64,000 nucleotides of DNA from an uncultured Pelagibacteraceae bacterium (GCA_902609685.1 CACLSR010000001.1:49505-113504), one strand, 5' to 3'. Counted from the stretch's first letter, positions 9,824-22,051 are shown. A program made the numbers and translations. Notes: generated by a model not told the origin, from the sequence alone.

Positions 9824-10635
9824 GATTTAGCTATCTCTAAAGTTGATTTGATGTAACCACTCATGCTTCCACAATCAAGATATTTTCCAGAAAAATTATG
9901 AGCAATGAATTTTTTATCATTTTGAATTAATGTTTGGATAGCATCTGTAATATGTATTTCTCCTCCTTTACCTGGTTTTTGTTTAAGTAATTTTGAAAAA
10001 ATTTCTCTAGGTAAAATATATCTTCCAATCACCGCTTTATTAGATGGTGCTTTTTTTACAGAAGGTTTTTCAATAACATTTGAGATCAAATAATTATTCT
10101 TATTTATTTTAGTTTTTAACTTATAAATTCCCCATCTCGAAACATTATTTTTTTTAACATTCATACTAGCCATAACAGACGCATTGTATTTTTTATGAAT
10201 CTTTATCATTGATTTAGAACAATTTCTTTTAATAATAAGATCATCTGGTAACAACATTAAAAAAAAATTATGTTTTATAAATTTTTTTGTTTTTAAAACG
10301 GCATCTCCAGTGCCAAGTGGTTTGTTTTGATAAACAAATTTTATCATTTTTTTATATTTTAAAATTTTTTTATATTCTTCCTTAATTCTTTTATCTTTCT
10401 TTTTTTTAATAATTTTTTTATAAAAATTATCATTATAAAAATAAGTCTTTATCATTTTCTTCTTATTTGAAATTATAAAAATAACCTCTTTAATACCTGC
10501 ATCAATGCATTCATCTAGAATGTATTCAATTCCTGGTTTACCATTAATAGGTAAAAGTTCTTTTGGAAATACACTGGTTAATGGAAGTAAACGTGTACCC
10601 AAACCAGCTAAAGGAATAATTGCTTGTTTAATCAT
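9820..10635 (-). CDS. galU: UTP--glucose-1-phosphate uridylyltransferase
   Basis: 271 aa with the nucleotidyltransferase motif IPLAGLGTRLLPLT. It overlaps ugd by 4 nt. Confidence 0.88.
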   Translation of the reverse strand: MIKQAIIPLAGLGTRLLPLTSVFPKELLPINGKPGIEYILDECIDAGIKEVIFIISNKKKMIKTYFYNDNFYKKIIKKKKDKRIKEEYKKILKYKKMIKFVYQNKPLGTGDAVLKTKKFIKHNFFLMLLPDDLIIKRNCSKSMIKIHKKYNASVMASMNVKKNNVSRWGIYKLKTKINKNNYLISNVIEKPSVKKAPSNKAVIGRYILPREIFSKLLKQKPGKGGEIHITDAIQTLIQNDKKFIAHNFSGKYLDCGSMSGYIKSTLEIAKS

Positions 10636-10669
10636 TCAAATGTTTTACTTATTAAAAAGTTTTATACAA

Positions 10670-11479
10670 ATGAAAATTTTATTGAATAATAGTGATTTAA
10701 ATGAGGCATTAGAAAATGTGTCTAATCTAGGTTTTGTACCTACCATGGGAAGTCTTCATAAAGGCCATATATCGTTAATTAAAAAATCCAAAAAAAAATG
10801 TAATAAAACTATTGTAAGTATATTTGTGAATCCAAAACAATTTAATAATAAAAATGATTTTAAGAAATATCCAAGAAATAGAAAGAAGGACTTATCGATT
10901 TTGAAAAGACTTAAAGTTAATTATGTATATTTACCAAGTGTTAAAGAAATTTATAAAGTAAAGAGATCCTCTAAGATTACAATTTCAAAAAAAGACAAGA
11001 TATTATGTGCTAAGTACAGAAAAGGACATTTCGAGGGTGTAATTGATGTAATGGATCGCCTTATTGAATACATCAAACCTCAAAAAATTTTTATGGGGGA
11101 AAAAGATTTTCAACAATTATATTTTTTAAAAAAATATTTAAGAAAACACTCTTCGAAAATAATAGAATGTAGAACAATTAGAGAAAAAAATAAATTAGCA
11201 TTATCTTCCAGAAATTCATTATTACAAAAACGTGAAAAAAATTTGGCTGCAAAATTAATTACCAATATTATGAAACTTAAAAGAAAGTTAAATAAGGAAT
11301 CAAATATTAAAAAAGTACTCAATAAAACTGGAAATGAAATAAATAAATTACAAAATGTTAAGATTGAATATCTCGAATTAAGAAATATTAAAAATCTTAA
11401 AATTTCAAATAAATTAAAAAATTCAAAAATTTTCGTATCTTTTTATATTAATAATATAAGGTTGATTGATAATTTTTAA
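10670..11479 (+). CDS. panC: Pantoate--beta-alanine ligase
   Basis: PTMGSLHKGHISL (HxGH class). The ATG at 10670 (MKILLNN...) is chosen because the ORF-track start at 10505 lies inside galU on the other strand. Confidence 0.85.
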   Translation: MKILLNNSDLNEALENVSNLGFVPTMGSLHKGHISLIKKSKKKCNKTIVSIFVNPKQFNNKNDFKKYPRNRKKDLSILKRLKVNYVYLPSVKEIYKVKRSSKITISKKDKILCAKYRKGHFEGVIDVMDRLIEYIKPQKIFMGEKDFQQLYFLKKYLRKHSSKIIECRTIREKNKLALSSRNSLLQKREKNLAAKLITNIMKLKRKLNKESNIKKVLNKTGNEINKLQNVKIEYLELRNIKNLKISNKLKNSKIFVSFYINNIRLIDNF

Positions 11480-11483
11480 AATT

Positions 11484-12857
11484 CTATAAAAAATAAGCCC
11501 CAACACCTAAAAAAGAAACAAAACCTATTACATCAGTTATTGTTGTTACGAAAACACTAGAGGCAATTGCTGGATCAATTTTCATTTTTTTTAACGTGAC
11601 TGGAACAAGTATTCCAAATAAACCTGCCACTACCATTGTCAAAATCATTGAGATCGATATTATTAATGATAATTGGTAATCTTGAAACCAGACTTGAACG
11701 ATAAAAGAACTTATAACAGCAAAAATTATTCCATTGAGAATACCAATATTAAATTCCTTTATAATGTTTTGATTAAAGTTATTTTTTGTTAAATCATTTG
11801 TTGCTAAAGTTCTAACAGTAACTGCTAAAGTTTGCATACCTGCATTACCACCCATCGATGCAACTATTGGCATTAAAAATGCCAAGACAACCATTTGTTC
11901 AATTGTTGCACCAAACAAACTTATACAATAAGTAGCTAGAAATGCTGTGAATAAGTTTAATAGTAACCAGTTAAATCGTCTTTTAGTTTTTGTGATAACA
12001 CCATCTGTAATTTCTTCGTCACCAACACCAGCTAATCTTAAAGCATCTTCCTCAGCCTCTTCCTTTAAAACTGTTAATACATCATCGGAAGTTATCATTC
12101 CTACAAGTTTATTATTCTTATCTACAACACAAGCTGAGTTTAAATTGTAATTTTCAAATGAATTACCAACTTCTTCTCTATCCATATCCACTGGAACTAA
12201 AAAAATTGAATCATCCATAATTGAGGACATTTTTGTTTCTCTAGGTGTTCTTAATACTTTAGAGGATGGTACAGCACCAATAGGTTTAAAATTTTCATCA
12301 ACAATGTAAATTTCTAAAAACTCTTCTGGTAAGTCTTTATTCTCTCTTAAATAATCAATAGTTTGTCCTACCGACCAGTTACTTGGAATTGCTGTAAATT
12401 CTCTTTGCATTATCCTAGCAGCACTATCCTCTGGATAACTAAGACCTTCTAATAAAGCAAATCGATCTTTTGGGGGTAATAAACTTAATATTGAATTTTT
12501 ATCTTTTTCTTCAACATTTTCTAAAATAGCTATGGCATCATCAGACTCTAAATTTTTTAAAATCCTAACAATTGCATCTGAGGAGAGATATTTAATGATT
12601 TCTGATTGAACAGACTCGTTTAATTCAACAAATACTTCTGGATCAATCTTAAAATTATTTAATTTTATTAAACTTTCTCTATCATTTTCACTTAAATGCT
12701 CAATAATATCAGCAGCATCAGCAGGATGCATTTCCTCAAAAGATCTAGTTATAAAAGATGCATCATTTGAGGTAATTTTGTCTGTTACAACTTTTATATA
12801 TTCCTTATTGAATTCAAAATTGACTTTTTTATCTTTAATTTTTTTTATTAAAGTCAT
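11484..12857 (-). CDS. mgtE: Magnesium transporter MgtE
   Basis: 457 aa with an MgtE N-domain, a CBS pair and a C-terminal 5-TM domain. Confidence 0.92.
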   Translation of the reverse strand: MTLIKKIKDKKVNFEFNKEYIKVVTDKITSNDASFITRSFEEMHPADAADIIEHLSENDRESLIKLNNFKIDPEVFVELNESVQSEIIKYLSSDAIVRILKNLESDDAIAILENVEEKDKNSILSLLPPKDRFALLEGLSYPEDSAARIMQREFTAIPSNWSVGQTIDYLRENKDLPEEFLEIYIVDENFKPIGAVPSSKVLRTPRETKMSSIMDDSIFLVPVDMDREEVGNSFENYNLNSACVVDKNNKLVGMITSDDVLTVLKEEAEEDALRLAGVGDEEITDGVITKTKRRFNWLLLNLFTAFLATYCISLFGATIEQMVVLAFLMPIVASMGGNAGMQTLAVTVRTLATNDLTKNNFNQNIIKEFNIGILNGIIFAVISSFIVQVWFQDYQLSLIISISMILTMVVAGLFGILVPVTLKKMKIDPAIASSVFVTTITDVIGFVSFLGVGAYFL

Positions 12858-12917
12858 AAATACACCTATTATTTAGACGGATCTTTTAATACAAAATGAA
12901 AAGAATACAATTTTTAA

Positions 12918-13547
12918 ATGCCTATAGAAATTAAAAAGTCCCAAAATCCAGTAAAATATGAAGACGCAATATCATTTATGGAAGATCGACTTAAAGATAT
13001 TAATCTAAAAAAAGTAGATGATTTGATTTGGGTTTTAGAACATGATCATATCTATACATCGGGAACAAGCTATAAAGAAAATGAGATAATAGATAAATCT
13101 ATAAATATTATAAAAACTAATAGAGGTGGTAAAATAACTTATCATGGACCAGGACAACTCATTTGTTATTTTGTAATTGATTTAAAGAAAGGTAAGAAAG
13201 ATATCAGAAAATTCATATCTGTAATTGAAAAATCAATTATTGAAACCCTGAGCCTCTATGACATAGAAACATTTGCTGATAAAGAAAATATTGGTATTTG
13301 GTACAATGATAATTCAACCATAAAAAAAGTTGCTGCAATTGGGGTCAGGGTAAGTAAATGGATAGCTTATCATGGTTTTTCTATCAATATTAATAACGAT
13401 TTAAAAAAATATGACGCGATTATTCCTTGTGGGATTAAAGACAAAGGTATTACTAATCTCAAACAAATTAAAAATCAAAATTATGATGATTTAGAAAATA
13501 AGTTAATAGAAATATTTAAAACTAATTTGAAAAATTTAATCTTTTAG
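12918..13547 (+). CDS. lipB: Octanoyltransferase (lipoyl(octanoyl) transferase)
   Basis: 209 aa with motif [13 protein letters not shown] and a later PCG. Confidence 0.9.
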   Translation: MPIEIKKSQNPVKYEDAISFMEDRLKDINLKKVDDLIWVLEHDHIYTSGTSYKENEIIDKSINIIKTNRGGKITYHGPGQLICYFVIDLKKGKKDIRKFISVIEKSIIETLSLYDIETFADKENIGIWYNDNSTIKKVAAIGVRVSKWIAYHGFSININNDLKKYDAIIPCGIKDKGITNLKQIKNQNYDDLENKLIEIFKTNLKNLIF

Positions 13548-14433
13548 TCCTCAACAACTTATTGAAATAATCTGGTAATAATGCTTTGTAAGTATATTTT
13601 TTTTCATTAATCATAAATTTTATTTGATAGGAATGAAGCATTAAATTTTTATTTATACCTTTCGATGAAACAGACGAATTATATTTTTTATCACCAAAAA
13701 TTGAATGTCCAATGTTAAATAATTGTTTTCGTAATTGATGTTTTCTTCCTGTGATTGGTTTCATTTCTACTAAACTAGCATTGGTATTTTTATCTATCAC
13801 TTTAAAAATTGTTTTAGCTTTTTCAATAATTTTTTTTCCATTATCGTACCTTATCAAATTATCATTCCATTCACCTGAGTCTTTTTCAATTTCTCCGTTA
13901 CATATTGCCAAATAAGTTTTGTGTACTTTTCTTAATCTAAATAGAGAGGTCAATAGTTGAGCTGTTTGTCTATTTTTTGCAATAATAAAAACACCTGAGG
14001 TATCTTTGTCTAATCTATGAACAGAGAATGGTTTTGTTCCTTGAAATATTTCACTTTTTGCAAATATATCTACTAAATTTTTTTTTGACTTTGTTCCACC
14101 TTGAACCGATATTCCTGCACTTTTATTTAAGACTATAAAATCTTCATTGTTATCTATGATCAGATCCTCGTTAGATTTTATTACCTCAATGGATGGATTG
14201 AATTGTTTTTTATTGTGTTTAATTTTTTCTTTAAAATCAAAATTGAAGAGTTCTATTTTATCATTTGTTTTAATCTTAAAAGAGCTTTTTATCTTTTTTT
14301 TGTTTATTTTAATTTTTCCTAACCTTAAACTCTTTTCAATAAGACTTTGCGGCACTTTTCCTAATTTATTTCTTAACCATCTATCAATACGCATGTTATT
14401 ACACGTTGACTCAACGATAAAACTTCTAATCAT
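13522..14433 (-). CDS. RluA-family rRNA pseudouridine synthase (RluC/RluD-like)
   Basis: 303 aa with an N-terminal S4-like domain and the catalytic HRLDKDTSG. There is a 26-nt convergent overlap with lipB. Confidence 0.85.
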   Translation of the reverse strand: MIRSFIVESTCNNMRIDRWLRNKLGKVPQSLIEKSLRLGKIKINKKKIKSSFKIKTNDKIELFNFDFKEKIKHNKKQFNPSIEVIKSNEDLIIDNNEDFIVLNKSAGISVQGGTKSKKNLVDIFAKSEIFQGTKPFSVHRLDKDTSGVFIIAKNRQTAQLLTSLFRLRKVHKTYLAICNGEIEKDSGEWNDNLIRYDNGKKIIEKAKTIFKVIDKNTNASLVEMKPITGRKHQLRKQLFNIGHSIFGDKKYNSSVSSKGINKNLMLHSYQIKFMINEKKYTYKALLPDYFNKLLRTKRLNFSN

Positions 14434-14452
14434 GAATATTTAAGGCTTTTAT

Positions 14453-14896
14453 TTATGCTGTGGCAGCTTTCTTATCTTCTTTTTTTTCAACTTCTTTTGC
14501 TGGATCTTTTTTTTTCTTATCAACTTTTTTGGCTTGAATGTCTCTATCAACAAATTCAATTATAGCCATAGGCGCATTATCTCCGTATCTAAAACCGGCT
14601 TTAATAATTCTTGTATAACCACCAGCTCTTTTTTCGTATCTTTTAGATAAAGTTTTTTTTACTTTATTGGCTGACTTAATATCCTGCAATTGAGAAATCA
14701 AAATTTTAGTATTATGCAAACTATCTTTTTTACCTAATGTGATTATCTTATCTGCCTGTGGCTTTAAAAATTTTGCTTTTGGTAAAGTTGTTTTTATTTG
14801 CTCATACTTTATTAGCGAATTAAGCATATTTTTGAGCAACGCTTTTCGGTGTTCAGAAGTTCTGTTCAACTTCTTATTTGCCATTCCATGTCTCAT
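14453..14896 (-). CDS. rplQ: 50S ribosomal protein L17
   Basis: 147 aa, bL17-like, last gene of the alpha operon. Confidence 0.95.
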   Translation of the reverse strand: MRHGMANKKLNRTSEHRKALLKNMLNSLIKYEQIKTTLPKAKFLKPQADKIITLGKKDSLHNTKILISQLQDIKSANKVKKTLSKRYEKRAGGYTRIIKAGFRYGDNAPMAIIEFVDRDIQAKKVDKKKKDPAKEVEKKEDKKAATA

Positions 14897-15924
14897 TAGA
14901 TGCTTTCCTCTAATTTTTTAGACATTTCTGCGATATTATCTGGTGGCCAATTTGGAATTTCCATCCCTAGATAAAGAGACATACCAGTTAAAACTTCTTT
15001 GATTTCATTTAATGATTTTCTTCCAAAATTTGGTGTTCTTAACATCTCACCCTCAGATTTTTGAACTAAATCACCAATATAAATTATATTATCATTTTTA
15101 AGACAATTCATTGATCTAACAGATAATTCAAGCTCGTCTACTTTTCTTAATAAATTTTTATTAAACTCAGGCTCTGTTGAAACTTCTTTGACCGGAGCTT
15201 CCACAGGTTCATCAAAATTAATAAACATTTTTAATTGATCTTGAAAAATTCTAGCAGAATAAGCAACTGCATCTTCAGCAGAAATTGATCCGTTTGTCTC
15301 AACTTCCATCGTTAATTTATCATAATCTAAAGCCTTACCTTCTCTTGCGGTACTTACTGAATAGGAAACCTTTTTAACGGGACTATATAATGAGTCTATT
15401 GCAATTAAACCTAAAGGTGGTTCTTCAGGTTTATTTAAATCAGCTGGAACATAACCTTTTCCAGTATTAACATTCATTTCCATATGGAAGTGAGTATTTT
15501 CATCTAAATTACAAATAACTAATTCAGGATTCAAAATTTCAACATCAGGAACTGATGCGATGTCAGATGCTTTTATTTCACCAGGTCCTTTAGCATCTAA
15601 TACTAGCTTTTTTGTTCCCTCAGCAGCACATTTTAATGCCAGAGATTTAACGTTTAATACAATATCAGTAACATCTTCTCTTACGCCTTTAATAGATGTA
15701 AATTCATGAAGTACACCATCAATTTGAATTGAAGTTACAGCTGCTCCTCTGATTGAGGACAATAAAATTCTTCTAAGTGAATTACCAAGTGTTAAACCAT
15801 AACCTTTTTCTAATGGTTCAGCGATAATTGTAGCGTGAGTTAAATCATCACTTATTTTAACATCAAGTTTCGCAGGTTTAATTAATGATTTCCAATTTTT
15901 CACATTTACATTTTCTACATCCAT
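14896..15924 (-). CDS. rpoA: DNA-directed RNA polymerase subunit alpha
   Basis: 342 aa with alpha NTD and CTD, in the canonical position after rpsK. Confidence 0.97.
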   Translation of the reverse strand: MDVENVNVKNWKSLIKPAKLDVKISDDLTHATIIAEPLEKGYGLTLGNSLRRILLSSIRGAAVTSIQIDGVLHEFTSIKGVREDVTDIVLNVKSLALKCAAEGTKKLVLDAKGPGEIKASDIASVPDVEILNPELVICNLDENTHFHMEMNVNTGKGYVPADLNKPEEPPLGLIAIDSLYSPVKKVSYSVSTAREGKALDYDKLTMEVETNGSISAEDAVAYSARIFQDQLKMFINFDEPVEAPVKEVSTEPEFNKNLLRKVDELELSVRSMNCLKNDNIIYIGDLVQKSEGEMLRTPNFGRKSLNEIKEVLTGMSLYLGMEIPNWPPDNIAEMSKKLEESI

Positions 15925-16373
15925 TAAACTCTCCTTTTTTTTGGTGGCCTAGTACCATTATGTGGCATCGGTGTTGTATCTTTAATTGATAAAATTCTAA
16001 ATCCTCTCGCTTGTAACGCTCTTAATGCTGTTTCTCTGCCTGAACCAGGACCCTTAACTTCCACAGATAAAGTTTTCATGCCAAACTCTAAGGCTTTAGA
16101 TGCAGCAGCATCAGCAGCTATTTGCGCAGCATATGGAGTTGATTTTCTAGAACCCTTAAAACCTTTTTGTCCAGCTGATGCCCATGAAATTACGTTTCCA
16201 TTAGTGTCAGCGATTGAAATAATTGTGTTATTAAAAGTTGATTGTACATATGCAATTCCATTTAAGATATTTTTTTTAGTTTTCTTTTTTTTTGAATAAG
16301 AACTTTTGACAGCTTTTTTTGGCGACTTTTCTTGACTCAGTTCTTTATTGTCTTTTTTTTCTGGTTTTGCCAT
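15924..16373 (-). CDS. rpsK: 30S ribosomal protein S11
   Basis: uS11 core with a Lys-rich N-terminal extension. Confidence 0.95.
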   Translation of the reverse strand: MAKPEKKDNKELSQEKSPKKAVKSSYSKKKKTKKNILNGIAYVQSTFNNTIISIADTNGNVISWASAGQKGFKGSRKSTPYAAQIAADAAASKALEFGMKTLSVEVKGPGSGRETALRALQARGFRILSIKDTTPMPHNGTRPPKKRRV

Positions 16374-16375
16374 TT

Positions 16376-16759
16376 TTATTTCTTAAGTGGTGTTAATTTT
16401 TTTCCAGCAATTGCAATAGCTTTTCCTTTTCTCGTTCGAGCATTACATCGTGTTCTTTGACCTCTTACAGGTAATTTCTTTCTATGCCTCGAACCTCTAT
16501 AGCAAGCTAAATCAATTAGTCTTTTTATGCTCAGTGAATAATCTCTTCTAAGATCACCTTCAACTTTAAAATTTTGATCAATGTATTCTCTTATTTTCAA
16601 AATTTCATCATCAGTAAGTTGGTTCACTCTTTTTTCTTTAGGGATTGCTAATGATGTGCAAATTTGTTTTGAAAATTTATCACCGATACCATAAATATAA
16701 GTTAGCCCTACTTGAACTAATTTATTTTGTGGGATATTTATTCCTGCAATACGAGCCAT
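16376..16759 (-). CDS. rpsM: 30S ribosomal protein S13
   Basis: [10 protein letters not shown] start typical of uS13. Confidence 0.96.
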   Translation of the reverse strand: MARIAGINIPQNKLVQVGLTYIYGIGDKFSKQICTSLAIPKEKRVNQLTDDEILKIREYIDQNFKVEGDLRRDYSLSIKRLIDLACYRGSRHRKKLPVRGQRTRCNARTRKGKAIAIAGKKLTPLKK

Positions 16760-16782
16760 AATTTTTGAGATAAATTTAGCCT

Positions 16783-16810
16783 TTTATATAAGAAGTTCTT
16801 TTAAAGTCAA
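16783..16810 (-). promoter_or_regulatory. Candidate sigma70-type promoter for rpsM-rpsK-rpoA-rplQ
   Basis: The minus strand reads TTGACT-N16-TATAAA in the 55-bp adk-rpsM gap. Confidence 0.35.
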
Positions 16811-16814
16811 CGTC

Positions 16815-17378
16815 TTAAACATTGAGAAAAGTATCTATTTTAGCGGTTATTTGCTCAATTTTAAGCGCACCATCTATTTCATAAAAGTTTGAATTTTTGG
16901 AATAGAAATCTAAAACGGGGCGTGTCATATCCATATAGGTTTCATATCTTTTTAGAATAATATTTGATTCATCATCAGATCTTTTTTCTAAAGTTTTTCT
17001 TTTTTCAACTCGTTTAATTATTACTTCTTTTTGGACATTAAGAAAAAAAATATAATCAATCTTTTGATTTGAACTTTCTAAAATAGTTTCTAAATTTTTA
17101 GCTTGTTCTAATGATCTAGGATATCCATCAAAAATAAGTTTGTTTTTATATTTTTCATCAAAAATAACTTTTTTAATTAATTCGTTTACAATTTCATCAC
17201 TTACAAATTTACCATCGTTCATATCATTAATTATTTTTTTTCCTATTTCAGAATTTTTCTTGATTTCATCCCTTAACATATCACCTGTTGAAACTTGAAA
17301 ACCATTTATTTTTTTAACTAAATATTTTGCTTGTGTTCCTTTTCCAGCACCAGGAGGTCCAAATAGGATTATATTCAC
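16815..17378 (-). CDS. adk: Adenylate kinase
   Basis: 187 aa with P-loop GPPGAGKGTQ. Confidence 0.95.
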   Translation of the reverse strand: MNIILFGPPGAGKGTQAKYLVKKINGFQVSTGDMLRDEIKKNSEIGKKIINDMNDGKFVSDEIVNELIKKVIFDEKYKNKLIFDGYPRSLEQAKNLETILESSNQKIDYIFFLNVQKEVIIKRVEKRKTLEKRSDDESNIILKRYETYMDMTRPVLDFYSKNSNFYEIDGALKIEQITAKIDTFLNV

Positions 17379-17381
17379 GAA

Positions 17382-18662
17382 TTATCTTCCGAATTTTGTT
17401 TTTTTAATCAATTGTTCGTATTGGGAACTCATTAATCTTGTTTGTATTTGCGTAACAGTATCTATCGCAACAACAACTACAATTAAAATTGATGTGCCCC
17501 CCAGATAGAAAGGAATTGGATAATTAGCAATTAAAAACTCAGGCATTAAACAAACTAAGGTTAAATATAAAGCACCTATTGTTGTCAACTTTGTTAAAAT
17601 ATTTTCAATATAAATTGCTGTACTTTCTCCAGGTCTTATACCGGGTACAAAACCACCATATTTTCTTAAATTGTCAGCTGTTTCTATCGGATTAAAAGTT
17701 ATTGAAGTATAAAAAAAAGTAAAAAATATTATTCCTGATGCATAAAGCAACATATACAAAGGTTGTCCTTGAGTAAAATATGAACTTATATTTAAAAAAG
17801 TTTCATTATCAGAAAAATTAAAATTTGAAAAAGTTACTGGTAATAGTAATAATGCTGAAGCAAAGATTGCAGGAATTACTCCAGCTTGATTGATCTTGAG
17901 TGGCAAATGAGATGACTCTCCTCCATACATCTTATTACCAACTTGTCTTTTAGGGTAATTTATTAGTATTTTTCTTAAAGCTCTTTCCATAAAAACAATA
18001 AATAAAATTGTTAAGATTAACAAAACAAATAAAGCTAAGATCATTAATGTGGAGACTGCTCCTGTTCTACCAAGTTCGAAAGTAGTAACTAAAGCTCTTG
18101 GAATTTCTGCAACAATACCAGCGAAAATAATAAGAGATATACCATTACCAATTCCTCTTTGAGTAATCTGTTCTCCTAACCACATTAAAAAAATAGTTCC
18201 AGAGACAATTGTGGTGACAGTTGAAATTTTAAAAAAAACACCAGGATTAATTACTAACCCGGCTGAGGACTCTAGTCCTACTGCTAATCCATAACCTTGA
18301 ACTGTCGCAAGTAAGACAGTTCCATAACGAGTTATCTGAGTAATTTTTGCTCTACCAGTTTCTCCTTGTGATTTTAAATTTTTGAAATAATCAGAAACAC
18401 CTGTTAATAGTTGAACAATAATTGACGAGGAGATATAGGGCATGATTCCTAATGCAAAAATAGCCATTCTACTTACCGCACCACCAGCAAAAACATTAAA
18501 CATTCCTAATAATCCCTTTTGATTTCCTTCCATCATTATTTTAAGTTGTTCAGGATCTATCCCCGGCAAAGGTACAAAAGTACCAAATCTATAGACCACT
18601 AAAATAGCAAGAGTAAAAATTATTCTATTTCTTAAGTCAGTACTTGATGATGATGCGCTCAT
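17382..18662 (-). CDS. secY: Preprotein translocase subunit SecY
   Basis: 426-aa polytopic membrane protein in the canonical spc-operon position. Confidence 0.96.
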   Translation of the reverse strand: MSASSSSTDLRNRIIFTLAILVVYRFGTFVPLPGIDPEQLKIMMEGNQKGLLGMFNVFAGGAVSRMAIFALGIMPYISSSIIVQLLTGVSDYFKNLKSQGETGRAKITQITRYGTVLLATVQGYGLAVGLESSAGLVINPGVFFKISTVTTIVSGTIFLMWLGEQITQRGIGNGISLIIFAGIVAEIPRALVTTFELGRTGAVSTLMILALFVLLILTILFIVFMERALRKILINYPKRQVGNKMYGGESSHLPLKINQAGVIPAIFASALLLLPVTFSNFNFSDNETFLNISSYFTQGQPLYMLLYASGIIFFTFFYTSITFNPIETADNLRKYGGFVPGIRPGESTAIYIENILTKLTTIGALYLTLVCLMPEFLIANYPIPFYLGGTSILIVVVVAIDTVTQIQTRLMSSQYEQLIKKTKFGR

Positions 18663-18671
18663 TAAATCAAA

Positions 18672-19124
18672 CTATTTTTTTAATTGTATTGAGCCACCAA
18701 TTTTTTCAAGTTTCTCAACAGCAGACTTTGACGCAAGATCTGCCTCAATATTAATCTTATCTTTAATGGCTCCGGATCCTAAAATTTTTAATTTAATTGA
18801 ATTTTGATCAATTAATTTTAGTTTTTTCAGTAAATTTGAATTCAGCGTGTCTGTAGTTTTAATATTTTTTTTATCAATATATGATTGAATTTTATCTAGA
18901 TTTAATATTGCAATTGTCTTTTTATTAATAGGGTTGAATCCTCTTTTTGGAAGTCTTCTGTATAGTGGCATTTGTCCACCTTCAAAACTTTTAATCGCTA
19001 CACCAGATCTGGATTTTTGACCTTTAACACCTCTTCCAGATGTTTTGCCCTTTCCAGAACCAATACCTCTACCAACTCTGAGTTTACTTTTATTAATCTT
19101 ATTTCTATTATTTAATTTAATCAT
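18672..19124 (-). CDS. rplO: 50S ribosomal protein L15
   Basis: uL15 Gly/Lys-rich N-terminus [15 protein letters not shown]. Confidence 0.95.
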   Translation of the reverse strand: MIKLNNRNKINKSKLRVGRGIGSGKGKTSGRGVKGQKSRSGVAIKSFEGGQMPLYRRLPKRGFNPINKKTIAILNLDKIQSYIDKKNIKTTDTLNSNLLKKLKLIDQNSIKLKILGSGAIKDKINIEADLASKSAVEKLEKIGGSIQLKK

Positions 19125-19639
19125 TATCCTCTTTTTTCTATAATCTCAGAAATCTTTTTATTTCTTATTGAAGATATTTGTTTAGGCGAATTTTGTTTCA
19201 ATAGTGCTTTCATTGTAGCTCTAATCACATTGTGGGCATTTGACGTACCCATTGATTTTGCAACAATATCTTTTACTCCCAAAACCTCACACACTGCTCG
19301 AACAGGGCCTCCAGCTATAATTCCTGTTCCTTTAGAGGCTGCTCTTAATACAATTCTACCAGATCCATCTTTAGCTTTTACATCATGATGAATAGTTCTT
19401 CCTTCTCGAAGAGGTATATGAATAAGTTTTCTTCTTGCCATTTCATTTGCTTTTTTTATAGCATCTGGCACTTGTTTAGCTTTAGCGTGAGCTATTCCAA
19501 TTTTACCAGACTGGTTTCCAACAACAACTAGTGCTGAAAAACCAAATCTACGTCCACCTTTTACAACTTTTGTTATTCGATTAATGTGAACTAATTTTTC
19601 TAAAATATCGTCAGTTTTTTTATTTTTATTATTATCCAT
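19124..19639 (-). CDS. rpsE: 30S ribosomal protein S5
   Basis: 171 aa, uS5-like. It shares nt 19124 with the rplO start. Confidence 0.95.
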   Translation of the reverse strand: MDNNKNKKTDDILEKLVHINRITKVVKGGRRFGFSALVVVGNQSGKIGIAHAKAKQVPDAIKKANEMARRKLIHIPLREGRTIHHDVKAKDGSGRIVLRAASKGTGIIAGGPVRAVCEVLGVKDIVAKSMGTSNAHNVIRATMKALLKQNSPKQISSIRNKKISEIIEKRG

Positions 19640-19640
19640 G

Positions 19641-19997
19641 TTAAAATTCCATTCCGTTTTTACGTAAAGTTTCAGCGAAAACCTTCACTCTTCCATGATA
19701 TTTATAAATGCCTCTGTCAAAGTAAATCTTGGTAATTTTTTTTTCTTGTGCTTTTTTTGCTAACTTTTCAGCTACAATCTTAGATAATTCAGTTTTATTT
19801 ACTTTTTGGCCAGACTTAATATCTTTTTCAATTGATGATGCTGATAATAAAGTAACATTTTTCATATCATCAATTATTTGTGCAGAAATATTCTTTGATG
19901 ATCTAGAAATACTTAGTCTATATCTGTCGTCAGAAGCAACGTTTTTAACTTTGTTACTAACTCTAAATCTTTTTCTTTTACTAGTATCCAATTTCAT
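19641..19997 (-). CDS. rplR: 50S ribosomal protein L18
   Basis: 118 aa, uL18, in canonical order. Confidence 0.94.
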   Translation of the reverse strand: MKLDTSKRKRFRVSNKVKNVASDDRYRLSISRSSKNISAQIIDDMKNVTLLSASSIEKDIKSGQKVNKTELSKIVAEKLAKKAQEKKITKIYFDRGIYKYHGRVKVFAETLRKNGMEF

Positions 19998-20536
19998 TAT
20001 TTCTTCTTTCCTTCTTTTTTTAAAATATGTTGACCCTTTTCTCTCACACCTTTACCTTTATATGGTTCAATTTTTCTGAGAGTTTTTAGTTTAGATGCAA
20101 TTGCACCTACTTGTTGTTTATCAGCACCACTTATTTTTAAAGTTGTTTGTTTTTCAACATTGATTTTAATCCCTTCTGGAATATCAAAATTAATATCATG
20201 GCTATAACCTAATTGTAGATTTAATTGATTGCCTTTTAAAGCAGCCCGATATCCAACACCTACCAATTCTAGTGTCTTCTCATATCCTGTACTTGAACCA
20301 ATAACTGCATTATTAATTAAACTTCTATTCATTCCCCATAATCGTTTGGTTTCTTGATCAATTTTTTTCGGTTTGATTGATATTTCTTTTCCATCTTTTA
20401 TATCAAGATTGAAAACATCTAAATCAATATTGATTGACTTTTTTCCAGAAGGCCCTTCTATATTTAAATTATTTCCGGCCAAAGCAACTTTGACTTTTTC
20501 AGGGATTGAAATATTAATTTTACCAATTTTAGACAT
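19997..20536 (-). CDS. rplF: 50S ribosomal protein L6
   Basis: 179 aa, uL6. Confidence 0.95.
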   Translation of the reverse strand: MSKIGKINISIPEKVKVALAGNNLNIEGPSGKKSINIDLDVFNLDIKDGKEISIKPKKIDQETKRLWGMNRSLINNAVIGSSTGYEKTLELVGVGYRAALKGNQLNLQLGYSHDINFDIPEGIKINVEKQTTLKISGADKQQVGAIASKLKTLRKIEPYKGKGVREKGQHILKKEGKKK

Positions 20537-20931
20537 TAAAATACCTTACAAATTATTTCTCCACCCACTCTTTGCTTTCTTGCATCAATATCGGTCATAA
20601 CACCTTTGGGGGTTGATACAATTGCTATACCTAAACCATTATTTATTTTTGGTAAACTTTCTGCACTAGAAAATATTCTTCTCCCTGGTTTTGAAACTCT
20701 TTCAAAAGTACTTATAACTGGGTTTCCTGAATGATATTTAAGCTCTAAAGATAATAAAGATTTATTATTTTCTTTGTTCACTTTGAAATCTTTTATAAAT
20801 CCTTCATTCTTTAAGATATCAGCAATCTTAGTTTTAAAATTTGAAGAAGGTAATTCAACTTTCTTATGGCTTCTATCTTGAGCATTTTTTATTCTTGCTA
20901 TCATATCTCCAATTGGATCACTTAAACTCAT
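20536..20931 (-). CDS. rpsH: 30S ribosomal protein S8
   Basis: 131 aa, uS8 (MSLSDPIGDMIARIKNA). Confidence 0.95.
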   Translation of the reverse strand: MSLSDPIGDMIARIKNAQDRSHKKVELPSSNFKTKIADILKNEGFIKDFKVNKENNKSLLSLELKYHSGNPVISTFERVSKPGRRIFSSAESLPKINNGLGIAIVSTPKGVMTDIDARKQRVGGEIICKVF

Positions 20932-20941
20932 ATTTTCCTTT

Positions 20942-21247
20942 CTACCAACTTGATTTAACTAAACCTGGTATCTTTCCTTGCAGACCTAATTGTCTTAATG
21001 CAATTCTAGATATTTTCAATTTTCTATAAACTCCGTGAGGTCTTCCAGTGATCTGACATCTATTCATCACTCTTACTTTCGCAGAATTTCTAGGTAATTT
21101 TGATAATTTTTGTTGCGCTTTAAATCTTTCCTCTAAAGGGAGTTTTTTATTCATAACAATCTTTTTTAATTTTTGCCTTTTTTTAAATAGCCTATCCGAT
21201 AGTTTTATTCGCTTATTGTTCTTATTTATTGAGCTTAATTTAGCCAT
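20942..21247 (-). CDS. rpsN: 30S ribosomal protein S14 (long, non-zinc form)
   Basis: 101 aa with C-terminal ...[21 protein letters not shown]. Confidence 0.94.
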   Translation of the reverse strand: MAKLSSINKNNKRIKLSDRLFKKRQKLKKIVMNKKLPLEERFKAQQKLSKLPRNSAKVRVMNRCQITGRPHGVYRKLKISRIALRQLGLQGKIPGLVKSSW

Positions 21248-21248
21248 T

Positions 21249-21803
21249 TTAGTTATCTCCTTTTTTGATAAATGGAAAATTTAACTTTTCTAAAAGAGCA
21301 AAACTATGCTCTTTACTTTTAGCTGATATTACAATCACAATATCAATACCACGAACCTTATCAGCACGATCAAAACTTACCTCGGGAAATATGATATGTT
21401 CTTTAACACCAAATGTGTAATTTCCAAATTTATCAAAACCATTTGCAGACAAGCCTCTAAAATCTTTAATTCTTGGTAAAGCTATATTCACAAGTCTATC
21501 TAAAAATTCATACATTTTATCTTTTCTAAGTGTTACCTTTAAGCCAGCATTTGACCCTTTTCTTGTTTTAAAATTTGCAACTGATTTTTTAAATTTAGTA
21601 ATCACAGGTTTTTGACCTGTTATTTTTGCTAAATCCTCCTCACAAGACTTTAATATTTTAGAGTCATTTCCGTCTAAACCTAAGCCCATATTTAAAACAA
21701 TTTTTTCAATTTTTGGACCCATGTATAAATTCTTAAAACCAAATTGAGATTTTAATGCAGGTTGTATTTCTTTATAATAAAGTTCTTTCAATCTCGGAGT
21801 CAT
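21249..21803 (-). CDS. rplE: 50S ribosomal protein L5
   Basis: 184 aa, uL5. Confidence 0.95.
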   Translation of the reverse strand: MTPRLKELYYKEIQPALKSQFGFKNLYMGPKIEKIVLNMGLGLDGNDSKILKSCEEDLAKITGQKPVITKFKKSVANFKTRKGSNAGLKVTLRKDKMYEFLDRLVNIALPRIKDFRGLSANGFDKFGNYTFGVKEHIIFPEVSFDRADKVRGIDIVIVISAKSKEHSFALLEKLNFPFIKKGDN

Positions 21804-22051
21804 TATTTTTTAGCCTCAGTTTTTTTTGTTTTTGTTTTTTCATCAATTAGTTTCAAATTTGATAAATGAATAAAACTTTCCTTTGAAAAAATTCCACCTT
21901 TTTTTTCCTTAGTTGTTTTTATGTGTCTCTTTACCATATTAATATCTTTAACTTTTGCTCTATTGTTTGGTCTATCAATTTCAATTACTTCACCTTCTTT
22001 TTTTTTATCTCTCCCTGATAAAACTCGAACTTTTAAACCTTTTTTAATCAT
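21803..22051 (-). CDS. rplX: 50S ribosomal protein L24
   Basis: 82 aa with a KOW-like N-terminus. Confidence 0.9.
   Translation of the reverse strand: MIKKGLKVRVLSGRDKKKEGEVIEIDRPNNRAKVKDINMVKRHIKTTKEKKGGIFSKESFIHLSNLKLIDEKTKTKKTEAKK

Noticed and set aside
10505-10669. 55-codon N-terminal extension of panC
   Set aside because: It lies almost entirely inside galU on the opposite strand. The panC homology begins after the ATG at 10670.
19729-20079. 116-aa plus-strand ORF
   Set aside because: It is antisense to rplR and rplF, is Phe/Leu/Ser-rich, and has no support.
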